Assembly: GCA_951406725.2 (NCBI GenBank)
Contig: OX597828.1
Span: forward strand, 47,492,001 to 47,556,000
DNA length: 64,000 nt
DNA from: Octopus vulgaris
Taxonomy: Eukaryota
Direction: 5' to 3'
A program made the position numbers and the translations under genes. Below, piece by piece: positions 14,075 through 26,344 of the stretch; within the stretch, counting starts at the first letter, position 1; every line of letters begins with the position of its first letter. The notes beneath the pieces are model-generated. The model saw only the letters and a list, made by a program, of their open reading frames with translations, ran no database searches and was not told where the DNA came from.

Positions 14075-14275
14075 TTATTTGTTTCAGTTTTTAGATTACG
14101 GCCATGCTGGAGCACGGCGTTGAGGGATTTCAGTCGAACTAATCAATCCCGGTACTTATTTTCTTTTTAAGCCAAGTATTTAATCTCTCAGTCTCTTTTG
14201 CCGAAACGCTAGGTTACGGGTCATAAACATACCAACACCGGTTGTCAAATGGTGGGGGACGAACAGACACACACA
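14075..14275 (-). mobile_element. SINE B, 3' half
   Basis: Homology to the family B tail. Confidence 0.65.
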
Positions 14276-14286
14276 CACATATATTG

Positions 14287-14317
<31 letters not shown>

Positions 14318-14352
14318 ATATATATATATACACATACACACAAACACATATA

Positions 14353-14741
14353 CACAAGGTGTGATGGCTAAATTGTCGCCATTTTATATTTTTAATTTCA
14401 CGCATGCGCATCGTTTGTTTTTAACTTTATCGACTGCACAGAATAGTAGGGTCAATCGGGCACCGTCTGTGAAAAAGACAGTACCATAACGCAATTCACT
14501 CTACCAGAAATTTGGAAACGACAAGCTGTACTACTTGGTATTTTCGCCGGAAGCTCCAGCATGAACATTTCTGAAATGTTTAGGTGTCAATCTGAGGACA
14601 TGCACCGAGAGTGATAAAAATCAAACAACCAGTCAACATCATGGTGTTTGGAGTGATCACTAGTGATGGCGACGTTATGCCTCCATTGATCTCCCCACAC
14701 TCAACACAGAGGCCTACATCAAGTGCCTGGAGGAGGTAGTA
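14353..14741 (+). mobile_element. Tc1/mariner (maT/DD37D-like) remnant
   Basis: Begins TACACAAGGTGTG. Contains KIKQPVNIMVFGVITSDGDVMPPL...NTEAYIKCLEEVV. Confidence 0.6.
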
Positions 14742-14789
14742 CATTCATACATACATACATAATACATACATATATACATACACACACAT

Positions 14790-15200
14790 AAGTATGAACA
14801 GTAATTTGTACCTATAAAATTGTGGTTGGCATACATATATAACTCTTTTGTATATGTTTAAATTCCATAATTGAATAAAATAAATCAGTCCAATAGAAAA
14901 TGAAAATGAACGATGAAGCAATTGCCATGGTATGAATATTTTCTACGTAAGAGTCATGTCGGACCTCTCATGACTCATGTTTGAATATGAAAGGGTGTCC
15001 AGGAGTCAAGTAATTAAGTGACAATTGGTAATACAATAAAAATGAATTGGTGTTTAGGTCAGGTTTGTATTTTTGTATGAAATATGTCTCTTTATTGAGT
15101 CGAGCTTGTGTAGAAGTCCTGTCAGCAAATTTATATAGAGGGAAAATAGTGAATTTAGGTTGTATTTGTTTCGTACATACATCGATATCTTCACTGGAGA
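14790..15200 (-). mobile_element. Penelope-like 3' fragment (GIY-YIG C-terminus)
   Basis: ORF 14968-15207: ...FTIFPLYK...ARLNKETYFIQKYKPDLN resembles the R..KE..FI....P.LN end of Penelope endonucleases. Confidence 0.55.
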
Positions 15201-15290
15201 GCTGCATGAAAAATAAGAGCTGCTCTCCTTAACATATTGCTTCATCTCTGCTTACTTTTTTCAAAGATGGCGTCCTACTGACAATAAAAA

Positions 15291-15348
<58 letters not shown>

Positions 15349-15385
15349 GGATGGATGGATGGATGGATGGATGGATGGATAGATG

Positions 15386-15447
<62 letters not shown>

Positions 15448-15448
15448 C

Positions 15449-15513
<65 letters not shown>

Positions 15514-15549
15514 TGTAGGTAGACTTTGAGAGAGAGCAAGGAAGCAGAC

Positions 15550-15605
<56 letters not shown>

Positions 15606-15656
15606 ACGAAAGAAAGAAAGAGAGAAAGGAAAAAGAAAGAAAGAAAGAAAGAAGGA

Positions 15657-15692
<36 letters not shown>

Positions 15693-16279
15693 AAAGAACC
15701 GCGAGAGATGGATAGGGCAGTAGACAGACAGACACACAGATAGAATGACACACAAAAAAGGCTAGAGAGCGCCATGTTAGAAGTGGCAAAATTCAGTTGG
15801 TGTTCAATGCAGCGTATAATTAGCTTCTGTCTGTGCTTTTGTTATGTTAGTGTATAAGCGTATTTGGAACATCAGCTGAACCAAGAGTCTCGGGTTCGCG
15901 TACTGCTCAACCTTTTGTCACATAACTTATGCACATTCACTTTCTCTCTTGTTTCTTTTTTGCAACTTTACCCCTCCTCTCTCCCATACTCTTTTCCCCG
16001 ACGTCCGACATCTTGTCGCATCTTTAAGGGCTCTTCTTCGCTATTTAGTTGTTCATGAAGTTGCTGTTGACAGTGATGATGATGACGATGTCGTCACTAC
16101 TACAGCTGCTGCTGCTGCTGCAGCTGTTGCTGCTGCTGCTGTTGATGCTGCTGCTGTTGATGCTGCTGCTGTTGTTATTGCAGCAGGTATTTCTGTTATT
16201 GTTGATGATAATGGTGACGATGACGATGATGATGTCATTACTAGGCTGCTGCTGTTGATGTTGCTGTTAATGTTGCTGT

Positions 16280-16334
<55 letters not shown>

Positions 16335-16347
16335 AATGATGATGATG

Positions 16348-16562
16348 ATCCTTTCTGATATAAGCAAAAGGCCTGAATTTCCGGGGAGGGAATCTAGTCG
16401 ATTACATCGACCCCAGTGTTCAACTGGTACTTGTTTCATCTTTTCTGAAAGGATTAAAGGCAAAGTCGACCTCAGCGGAATTTGAACTGAGAACGTAAGG
16501 ACGAACGAAATAATGGTAAGCATTTTGCTAGGCGTGCTAACGATTCTGCCAACTCGCCGCCT
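16348..16562 (-). mobile_element. SINE A, alternative-tail variant
   Basis: Family A head and core; tail ..ttcaggccttttgcttatatcagaaaggatc. Confidence 0.75.
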
Positions 16563-16584
16563 GAATAATAATAATAATAACAAC

Positions 16585-16628
<44 letters not shown>

Positions 16629-16668
16629 CAACAACAACAACAACAACAATAACAATAATAATAATAAC

Positions 16669-16733
<65 letters not shown>

Positions 16734-16772
16734 TAATAATAATAATAATAATAATAATAGTAATAATAATAA

Positions 16773-17028
16773 TTGTGGTCGATGAAAAAGGTAGCAGTAG
16801 TACCAATAATTGTCGGAGCCCTGGGAATTGTGAGCAAAAATCTCGAGAAGTACGGGGGGAAAATAGGGGCTGCAGTAAAGGTGGAGCACTTGCAGAAAAC
16901 AGCACTGCTTGGAACCGCCCGAATACTCCGGAAGGTGCTCGAAAAATAAGAGGTGTTACCTTAGTTCACTGGTAGTGAACAGCTGACACTGTTGTACATC
17001 TCCAGCGATAGAAGCTGTGCAAAGGCGA
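16773..17028 (+). mobile_element. R4/Dong 3' end inserted within (TAA)n
   Basis: LWSMKKVAVVPIIVGALGIVSKNLEKY...EHLQKTALLGTARILRKVLEK* with (TAA)n on both sides, consistent with Dong TAA targeting. Confidence 0.8.
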
Positions 17029-17038
17029 TAATAATAAC

Positions 17039-17151
<113 letters not shown>

Positions 17152-18042
17152 CAACAACAACAACAACAACAATAATAATAATAATTATTATAATGGAACG
17201 ATACTAATTACAAAATTTATAATAATAATAATAATAATTAATATTTTCCCAAACCCTTGCTAACCCCACTGGGGTTTTCTGACAACCAATTAATATTTTT
17301 TCTCTTTCCATTGATAATAACAATTTCGCGAATACACTTTAAATAGAATAATGTAACAAAGCGTTAAATTCTATTTTGCCATCGACTGTCTTCTAATAGA
17401 CATTTCCATCAATCCATAGAGCAGCTGCTGTGCCCATTCGAGCGTGAATCCCTCTTCACCGAAGTCTGCTTCCATTCGACAAACAATAAGACCCCGAAAG
17501 GAAATACACGAAGAACTGGTCTCCAACTGGCGATTTGAGAATGGCCATTATGGAATAACAGGATTTTTCTTCCGTTGCTTGCGTGTGTATCTGTGTGTGC
17601 TTAATGTGATATGTGAATATGTATATGTGTATGTCTTTCTGTATGTGTATATGTGTCTTTGTGTATTGCGTCTTGTACATATACATATGTGTGCGTTTCT
17701 TTATGTGTGTGTACGTGTGCGTGCGTATGTATGTGTGTGTGTGTCTGCCTGACTGTGTGTCCGTGTGTCTGTGTGTGTCTTCGTGTGAATGTTTGTGTAT
17801 ATGTGTGAGCCTGTATGTGTGTGTATTTCTGTGAGCTAAGATGTTATATGTGTATATGTGTGAGCCTGTATGTGAGTATTTCTGCGTGTGTGTGTATGTG
17901 TGCTTATGCATGTCATACAATATGTATGTGAGTATGTGTTTGCGTGTAAGCATTTGTGTGTTTATATAAGTATGCGTATGTGTTTGCGATGTAGCCGTGT
18001 ATATATGTGTGTGTGTGTTTATGTGTTTGTGCGGGTATGTTT

Positions 18043-18450
18043 ACTCTTTTACTTGTTTCAGTCATTTGACTGCGGCCATGCTGGAGCACCGCCTTTAGTC
18101 GATTAAATCGACCCCGGGACTAATTCTTTGTAAGCCCAGTACTTATTCTATCGGTCTCTTTTGCCGAACCGCTAGGTGACGGGGACGTAAACTCACCAGC
18201 GTCGGTTGTCAAGCAATGCTAGGGGACAAACACAGACACACACACAAACCCACACACACACACATATATATATATACATATATACGACAGGCTTCTTTCA
18301 GTTTCCGTCTACCAAATCCACTCACAAAGCATTGGTCGGCCCGGGGCTATAGCAGAAGACACTTGCCCAAGATGCCACGCAGTGGGACTGAACCCGGAAC
18401 CATGTTGTTGATTAACAAGCTACTTACCACACAGCCACTCCTGCGCCTAT
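18043..18450 (-). mobile_element. SINE B full length
   Basis: Near-identical to 88-516. Confidence 0.85.
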
Positions 18451-18801
18451 TCGCGTATGTATTTGTGTGTGTATGTGATATGATTACTATACATGTGTGT
18501 GTCCGTATGAGTGAATGTATGTGTATACGCATGCATATACGCAACACGTTTTGTGTATATGAATGTGTCTGTATATATGTGTGTATCTATGCGTTTGTGT
18601 GTATGCGAGTGTATGTATGATACGTATTATTGTGTGTATGTATATATGTATGGTTATGTATGTGTTGATATGTATCGATGTATGTCTGTTGATATGTGCG
18701 TGTGTGCATATGTGTATATGTGTGTCTGTCTGTGTGTTTGTCTATTTTTGTGAATGTTTGTCTATATGTGTGGTGTGTATGTGTATTTCCGTAGGGAAGC
18801 T

Positions 18802-18877
<76 letters not shown>

Positions 18878-18904
18878 CCTGTATATGAATGTTTGTGTGC
18901 GTGA

Positions 18905-18946
<42 letters not shown>

Positions 18947-19339
18947 GTGCTTGTACCTTTTGATGTCTTGTGTACGTGTTCATCAGTGTGCATGTGTGTG
19001 CATGTGTGTGCATATGTGTATGTGTGTTTCCTTGTGTATATGTTGATGCTTGAGTGTGTGCGGTTACGCGTATATTGGCGTGTGTCGTAGACATGTGTTT
19101 GTGCGTCGATGTTGATGTATGTGTGTATTTATGTGTATAAATGAATGTGTGGGTGTTGGTGTGTGTGCTCTGTTGGTTGATGTGCGTCCGTATCCATGCG
19201 TGTGTATGTGTGTGTGTGTGTGTGTGTGTGTTTGTGTCTGTTTATGTGATATCGTATATGCTTCCGGGTGTAGTGTTAGAGGAGGTTATACACATAACAG
19301 TATATATTGTTGTCGATAGGTGCATTGTTATGTGTGTGT

Positions 19340-19382
<43 letters not shown>

Positions 19383-19621
19383 AGTGTTTGTGCTGTACCA
19401 TATGGGTCTGTATTTGTGCATGTATGTATGTATGTATGTATATATGTATGCATGTATGCATGTATGTATGTATGTATGTATGTGTGTTTGTGTTTGTGTG
19501 TGTGTGTATGTGTGTGTGTATGTGTGTGTGTGTGCATACATCGGTATCGGATCGAGCTGATGTTTGTATACGCCTTTTAGTGTTTATGGATATGAGCGTG
19601 TATTGTTATCAAAGTGTATTG

Positions 19622-19701
<80 letters not shown>

Positions 19702-19872
19702 TGATATATGTGTATATGTCTGTGAATGTGTTTGTTTTTAATGCATAAGTATGTATTCGCATGCATATCTTCGCATGTATGTAGTGTCAAAGAAAGCGTG
19801 TGTGTATATGTGATTATTTCTATGTGTATGTGTGTTAATATGCAGCTTTGTTTGCGTATGTGAGCGGATATG

Positions 19873-19959
<87 letters not shown>

Positions 19960-20004
19960 TTTTACCCCAGTGTCACTTTGATGGCATGAACTGCTCTCTC
20001 ACTC

Positions 20005-20061
<57 letters not shown>

Positions 20062-20622
20062 TAATTACCCTGATGCAGTACCAAGAACTGGCTCTCATGG
20101 CTTCTGATCTTAACTGATTGGAAGTGTTATCATGTACATTGTTTTGTCTTGGTACAAAAGATGGGCTACAGCAAATATTCTGTTCAATACCACAGATTTG
20201 TTAGTCAGTTGTTTGACCTTAACCAGTTGAGCATGTCCCTTAGTGGCTGATGATATATGAGCTTCTCTGATCACGTGCAGAAGTGGTGGGGGAACATCAT
20301 AGCCGTGTGTTGAGGGGAATTCTTTGGGGCTTGAATAATTCACCTTTGGAAACATCGGTGTTTCGTATAACATCCTTAAACAACCCTTATTCAAGGACCT
20401 TTTGAGCTGGATGGATTACTCGACCTGAAGAAAATTCTAATTGAGTCCACCTGCAAGGTCATGTGCTGTTTATCTTGAAATTAGATCACCATGTGGCGCG
20501 GATATAGTTGTGATGCATTTGCCTGGTGTACCCTTATCAGACGTGTAGTCATGATGGGTATACTGGGCTGCGTAATTTTTAACCCCAGTGTCACTTTGAT
20601 GGCATGAACTGCTCTCTTATTC
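19960..20622 (+). mobile_element. Non-coding (TAA)n-inserted repeat (long copy 20066-20622, 3'-only copy 19960-20005)
   Basis: The shared 3' end ccccagtgtcactttgatggcatgaactgctctct-(AAT)n occurs twice. Confidence 0.55.
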
Positions 20623-20695
<73 letters not shown>

Positions 20696-20732
20696 GTAAC
20701 AACAACAATAAAAATAACAGCAACACAACCAA

Positions 20733-22030
20733 TCCCTTCTACTATAGGCACAATGCCTGAAATTTGATGGGAGGGGCTAGTGGATTACATCAACCCCAGT
20801 GCGTAACTGGTACTTATTTCATTGACCCCGAAAGGATGAAAGATTAAGTCGACCTAAGCAGAATTAGAACTCAGACGGTAAAGTCTGAAGAAATACCTAT
20901 TTCTTTACTACCCACAAGGCACTAAACACAGAGAGGACAAACAAGGGCAGACAAACGGATGAAGTCGATTATATCGACCCCAGTGCGTAACTGGTACTTA
21001 TTTAATTTACCCCGAAATGATGAGAGGCAAAGTCAACCTCGACGGAATTTGAACTCAGGACGCAGCGGCGATCGAATAACCACAAAGCATTTTGCCTGGC
21101 GGGCTAACGTTTCTGCCAGCTCGCAGCCTTCTTCGGAAAAAATACCTATTTCTTTACTACCCACAAGGGGCTAAACACAGAGAGGACAAACAAGGACAGA
21201 TAAACGGATTAAGTCGATTATATCGACCCCAGTGCGTAACTGGTACTTATTTAATCGACCCCGAAAGGATGAAAGGCAAAGTCGACCTCGGCGGAATTTG
21301 AACTCAGGACGTAGCGGCAGACGAAATACGGCTACGCGTTTCGCCCGGCGTGCAAACGTTTCTGCCAGCTCGCCGCCTTCTTCGGAAGAAATACCTATTT
21401 CTTTACTACCCACAAGGGGCAAAACACAGAGGGGACAAACAAGGACAAACAAACGGATTAAGTCGATTATATCGACCCCAGTGCGTAACTGGTACTTATT
21501 TAATCGACCCCGAAAGGATGAAAGGCAAAGTCGACCTCGGCGGAATTTGAACTCAGGACGTAGCGGCAGACGAAATACCGCTTAGCATTTCGCCCGGCGT
21601 GCAAACGTTTCTGCCAGCTCGCCGCCTTCTTCGGAAGAAATACCTATTTCTTTACTACCCACAAGGGGCTAAACACAGAGAGGACAAACAAGGACAGATA
21701 AACGGATTAAGTCGATTATATCGACCCCAGTGCGTAACTGGTACTTATTTAATCGACCCCGAAAGGATGAAAGGCAAAGTCGACCTCGGCAGAATTTGAA
21801 CTCAGAACGTAACCGCAGACAAAATACCGCTTAGCATTTCGCCCGGCGTGCTAACGTTTCTGCCAGTTCGCTGCCTTCTTCGGAAGAAATACCGTTAAGC
21901 ATTTTGTCCGACGTATTAACGTATCTGCCAGCTCGCCGCTTGCTTAACTGGTAATATATTTTTATTGACTCCGAAAGAATGAAAGGCAAAGTCGATTTCG
22001 GCAGTATTTGAACTCAGAACATAAAGACAG
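20733..22030 (-). repeat. Tandem array of SINE A copies, ~249-bp period
   Basis: aaatacctatttctttactacccacaagg recurs at about 20891, 21140, 21389 and 21638. Confidence 0.85.
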
Positions 22031-22544
22031 GTGTAATGCCTCAATAATAATATTTGCTGTTGTTATTTAGCTTCTGGTCTACCTTAAACGAATAGACTTC
22101 TGATAGACGCTCTACTCATGACCACCCTGTCCTTTCGTTTTTCCTCCCAAACAATAAATTCCCGGCAGATTATTATTCAAATTGTCCTTCCATCTTTTAA
22201 CAGTAGGCTGTGCAATTTCAGGATGATATAGTTGTTATTTCTTGCAACTCCAACGGTTTTGCAATGTACCCCTCGATAGCTTGAGTTTAAAATAATCATG
22301 TATTTAGGATAACGGCTACTGCTATTGTTGTTGTTGCTGTTGTAGTTTAGCCTGAGTTCAGCCATAGTCGAGCAGTCCCATAATCAAACGTATTCCAGTC
22401 GTGACTACCCCATCTTCTTCTTCTTACGTGCAGACAATCTTGAACTATATTATCCAACGTGTCATATTTTAGGGAGATAGAATTTGATTTGAGTGAGATC
22501 TGGTTGCGATTTTCAGCAGATCCAGTGAGTGCAAAGAGGACTCC

Positions 22545-22950
22545 AAGTTAACAAATACTGTACAAGGATATCAAACATTTGTACATTCTACTAACAACTG
22601 CTGTGAGCCCACGTTAAAAATATGTCAAAGCGAGGCATTATATCTAGGGTTAACAGCTATCGTTCACCTAGAGATAGCAAACACATATCGATAGTTAATA
22701 ACTGTCATGTTCTCCAATTAAAAGAAGTGAGACTATATACCCAAGGATAACACATATCGTACTGCGGTATCAAATACTTGTACTTTCTACTAAAAACAGT
22801 CGTGAACCCATGTTAAAAAAAAAGATGAAGCTATATATCCAGGGTTAAGAGGTAGCTTATACCCAGGCATAATAAACAACGTAGACGTCCAGTTAACAAC
22901 TGCCGTGTACCCACTTTAAAAAGGGTGAGGCCAAATACCTAGGATTAATA
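22545..22950. repeat. Degenerate minisatellite (continues at 26557-26630)
   Basis: Recurrent (g)ttaacaactgccgtgtacccac(g)ttaaaaa and tatacccagg motifs. Confidence 0.55.
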
Positions 22951-22952
22951 TT

Positions 22953-23379
22953 TACGAGATGGGTTCCTGGCTTTGGGTAAAAGAAAATACTGGAGGATCA
23001 GTTAATTATGATTTCACGGAGATGTACTCGCATAGCAAGTGATTTGATCTGAGATCGTGTGCTGGAACGAAAACAATTGCAGCGTGGAAGGTGTTTGTAA
23101 GCCATTTAAGAAACACACAAAAGCCGTTCGATTCACTTCAACATTTAAGTTTAATTTGACAATATATTTTCGTCGCTTTGAGACCGCGACCTGTTCACTG
23201 ACAAAAATCCGTGCTGCATCTCAAATATTTTAATCAAAATATTTCCCTCTCACATTCACACACTTATAGCAGCAGTCCTTCAGTTTTTCTAAGCCGTGTA
23301 AAACAACCTAGGAAGGTTGGGCCTCCAGCCAGGCCTTTCGCAACTCTCTTAAAGCCAGGAACTTTTCAGCACCCCATGT
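22953..23379 (+). mobile_element. Mariner-type MITE with ~215-bp internal insertion
   Basis: TIR tacgag..gttcctggcttt / aaagccaggaacttttcagcacccc; homologous to 26345-26556. Confidence 0.7.
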
Positions 23380-23384
23380 TCGAC

Positions 23385-23685
23385 CGTTAATCCCTACACA
23401 TTTTTTTCTCTCTCCGTTTTTCCCTACTCTTAATCCTTTCTGTCGAAGAGCGTAGGCTCGAAACGTTAAAGACTTTTCCATTCTTCCCGAGTGTTGAACT
23501 CATACACCTGCTTGTTGCATTCCTTTTCTTGTCTGGTCGAAATACGAGACTAGAAAAACAGCCAACAACTGATGAAGGGTCGTTCTTTATGTTTGTTTTG
23601 TTTTCCATTTGTGTCTTTCGTTGTTCCATATGCTCGTGCTTCGTACATTTTTGTTGTTCACGTTTCATAACGTCTTGTGCCCACA
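23385..23685 (+). mobile_element. pLTR-like fragments with minimal hammerhead variant (23436-23471) and a second CTGATGA motif
   Basis: CTTT-CTGTCGA-A-GAG..CTC-GAAA-CGT-T-AAAG, homologous to 11964-12001. Confidence 0.55.
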
Positions 23686-23747
23686 TATGCATATATATAT
23701 ATATATACTTAAAGATGCATGTACATATACGTACGTATATATGCATG

Positions 23748-23825
<78 letters not shown>

Positions 23826-24046
23826 TCAATATAGGGTGGCAAAAAAAATTTTGTAGAATTCTTTTGCCACCAGCGGCCTAGTAGGAAAAAATTAAATAGT
23901 CATAAACCATTTTTACGTTCAACATCACAATCAAGGAACGGCCATAATAGGCCATTCACCCACTAGAAATAACAGCCAAAAGCTTTAACCGCAAAATAAC
24001 ATTAATTCCGTAAACCAGGAGAAAATTGAAAAACTTTTACCCTGTA

Positions 24047-24153
24047 ATTTCTTAGACGATGCACCGTTTCATCTACCGTTTAATGGTAAACTAACCTGAT
24101 TAAATTAAATCAAGCCAATCCATCATAGGCCCTTAGACTCATCAGTAAGAAAT
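24047..24153 (-). ncRNA. Type I hammerhead ribozyme (copy 1 of 4)
   Basis: Reverse complement of the same motif, with one substitution in the stem II extension. Confidence 0.8.
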
Positions 24154-24537
24154 AGCCAAGTCGGAACAGATATTTTTCACGAGGCATTCCTCTTGCTACC
24201 TCGGCAATATCTGACCTAAAATTTTCAAATCGTCGCACTCGCGCCAAATTTATCGGCAGCAAATAAATATAAGCCACCGATTCCATTACGGAACTAACCA
24301 GAAAATTCATAATTAATCAATATAGGGTGGCAAAAAAAAATTTGTAGAATTCTTTTGCCACCAGCGGCCTAGTAGGAAAAAATTAAATAGTCATAAACCA
24401 TTTTTACGTTCAACATCACAATCAAGGAACGGCCATAATAGGCCATTCACCCACTAGAAATAACAGCCAAAAGCTTTAACCGCAAAATAACATTAATTCC
24501 GTAAACCAGGAGAAAATTGAAAAACTTTTACCCTGTA

Positions 24538-24644
24538 ATTTCTTAGACGATGCACCGTTTCATCTACCGTTTAATGGTAAACTAACCTGATTAAATTAAA
24601 TCAAGCCAATCCACCATAGGCCCTTAGACTCATCAGTAAGAAAT
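24538..24644 (-). ncRNA. Type I hammerhead ribozyme (copy 2 of 4)
   Basis: Reverse complement of the same motif. Confidence 0.85.
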
Positions 24645-24861
24645 AGCCAAGTCGGAACAGATATTTTTCACGAGGCATTCCTCTTGCTACCTCGGCAATA
24701 TCTGACCTAAAATTTTCAAATCGTCGCACTCGCGCCAAATTTATCGGCAGCAAATAAATATAAGCCACCGATTCCATTTGAAAGATTTGAAAATTTTAGG
24801 TCAGATATTGCCGAGGTAGCAAGAGGAATGCCTCGTGAAAAATATCTGTTCCGACTTGGCT

Positions 24862-24968
24862 ATTTCTTACTGATGAGTCTAAGGGCCTATGGTGGATTGG
24901 CTTGATTTAATTTAATCAGGTTAGTTTACCATTAAACGGTAGATGAAACGGTGCATCGTCTAAGAAAT
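24862..24968 (+). ncRNA. Type I hammerhead ribozyme (copy 3 of 4)
   Basis: Stem I AUUUCUUA/UAAGAAAU; core CUGAUGA; stem II GUCUA/UAGAU with a long hairpin extension; GAAA; stem III ACGGUGCAUCGU; predicted GUC cleavage at 24960. Confidence 0.85.
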
Positions 24969-25351
24969 TACAGGGTAAAAGTTTTTCAATTTTCTCCTGG
25001 TTTACGGAATTAATGTTATTTTGCGGTTAAAGCTTTTGGCTGTTATTTCTAGTGGGTGAATGGCCTATTATGGCCGTTCCTTGATTGTGATGTTGAACGT
25101 AAAAATGGTTTATGACTATTTAATTTTTTCCTACTAGGCCGCTGGTGGCAAAAGAATTCTACAAAATTTTTTTGCCACCCTATATTGATTAATTATGAAT
25201 TTTCTGGTTAGTTCCGTAATGGAATCGGTGGCTTATATTTATTTGCTGCCGATAAATTTGGCGCGAGTGCGACGATTTGAAAATTTTAGGTCAGATATTG
25301 CCGAGGTAGCAAGAGGAATGCCTCGTGAAAAATATCTGTTCCGACTTGGCT

Positions 25352-25458
25352 ATTTCTTACTGATGAGTCTAAGGGCCTATGGTGGATTGGCTTGATTTAA
25401 TTTAATCAGGTTAGTTTACCATTAAACGGTAGATGAAACGGTGCATCGTCTAAGAAAT
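25352..25458 (+). ncRNA. Type I hammerhead ribozyme (copy 4 of 4)
   Basis: Same sequence as 24862-24968, 490 nt downstream; predicted cleavage at 25450. Confidence 0.85.
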
Positions 25459-25576
25459 TACAGGGTAAAAGTTTTTCAATTTTCTCCTGGTTTACGGAAT
25501 TAATGTTATTTTGCGGTTAAAGCTTTTGGCTGTTATTTCTAGTGGGTGAATGGCCTATTATGGCCGTTCCTTGATT

Positions 25577-25652
<76 letters not shown>

Positions 25653-25681
25653 TATATACATATATATATATATACATATAG

Positions 25682-25715
<34 letters not shown>

Positions 25716-25815
25716 GTATATATATGAATTTATAAATAAGGATAAAATCGATATTTAAATATCGATCTTATCAAGTGGCCAGCATGGGAATAAATACCAT
25801 ACAAAGATAATAATT

Positions 25816-25922
25816 ATTTAAAACTATAAACTAGGCTATCTGAGAGATACCAGCATGCTGAAATAGCAGTCATATTTCAGCATGGGGGTATCTCTCAGAT
25901 ACCCTAATTTATAGTTTTAAAT
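25816..25922. repeat. Imperfect inverted repeat between (TA)n tracts
   Basis: atttaaaactataaa..tatctgagagatacc..catgctgaaata / tatttcagcatg..ggtatctctcagata..tttatagttttaaat. Confidence 0.75.
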
Positions 25923-25949
25923 ATGTATATATATATGTGTATATATGTA

Positions 25950-26029
<80 letters not shown>

Positions 26030-26030
<1 letters not shown>

Positions 26031-26265
26031 CGTAATGAGATAAAAAAAAGCCAAGGCTGTGTTGATAGAAAATTTATAGATAGTAGGTCTTACAGCTGTT
26101 TCCAGGATATTTATTAATTATATCTCTTCATCGGAGACGGTGTGAGAGGATGGTTAAGTAATGGTTAATTTAGATAGGATACAAAATACAGATTGAGGTG
26201 GAGGAAAGAAAATTGATGTGAGATATGTAGGGATATTGAATTTGTAGTTCCATTTTTAGGATTTT
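26030..26265 (-). mobile_element. pLTR-like fragment with hammerhead variant (26087-26138)
   Basis: GTCT-CCGATGA-A..GATAT..ATATC..-GAAA-CAGCTGT-A-AGAC with palindromic stem III; flanked by (TA)n. Confidence 0.5.
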
Positions 26266-26271
26266 ATATGC

Positions 26272-26315
<44 letters not shown>

Positions 26316-26344
26316 TTATGTATATACGTACGTATGTATGAATG

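Larger units (their letters stand above)
23821..25581. mobile_element. Palindromic array of a 490/491-bp hammerhead-containing unit (retrozyme / Penelope pLTR-like) inserted in (TA)n
   Basis: Direct repeat with period 491 (23821/24312). The reverse complement follows from 24784 with period 490. Inverted arms are 23924-24722 and 24784-25581 with a 61-bp spacer, and (TA)n lies on both sides. Confidence 0.85.

Noticed and set aside
14935-14990. Hammerhead downstream of the Penelope fragment (minus strand ATGA-GTCATG..CATGAC-tctta-CGTA)
   Set aside because: Both catalytic boxes are destroyed, so it cannot be called
20733-22030. Regularly spaced repeats as a CRISPR array
   Set aside because: Units are whole 249-bp SINE copies with no unique spacers, the context is eukaryotic, and there are no cas genes
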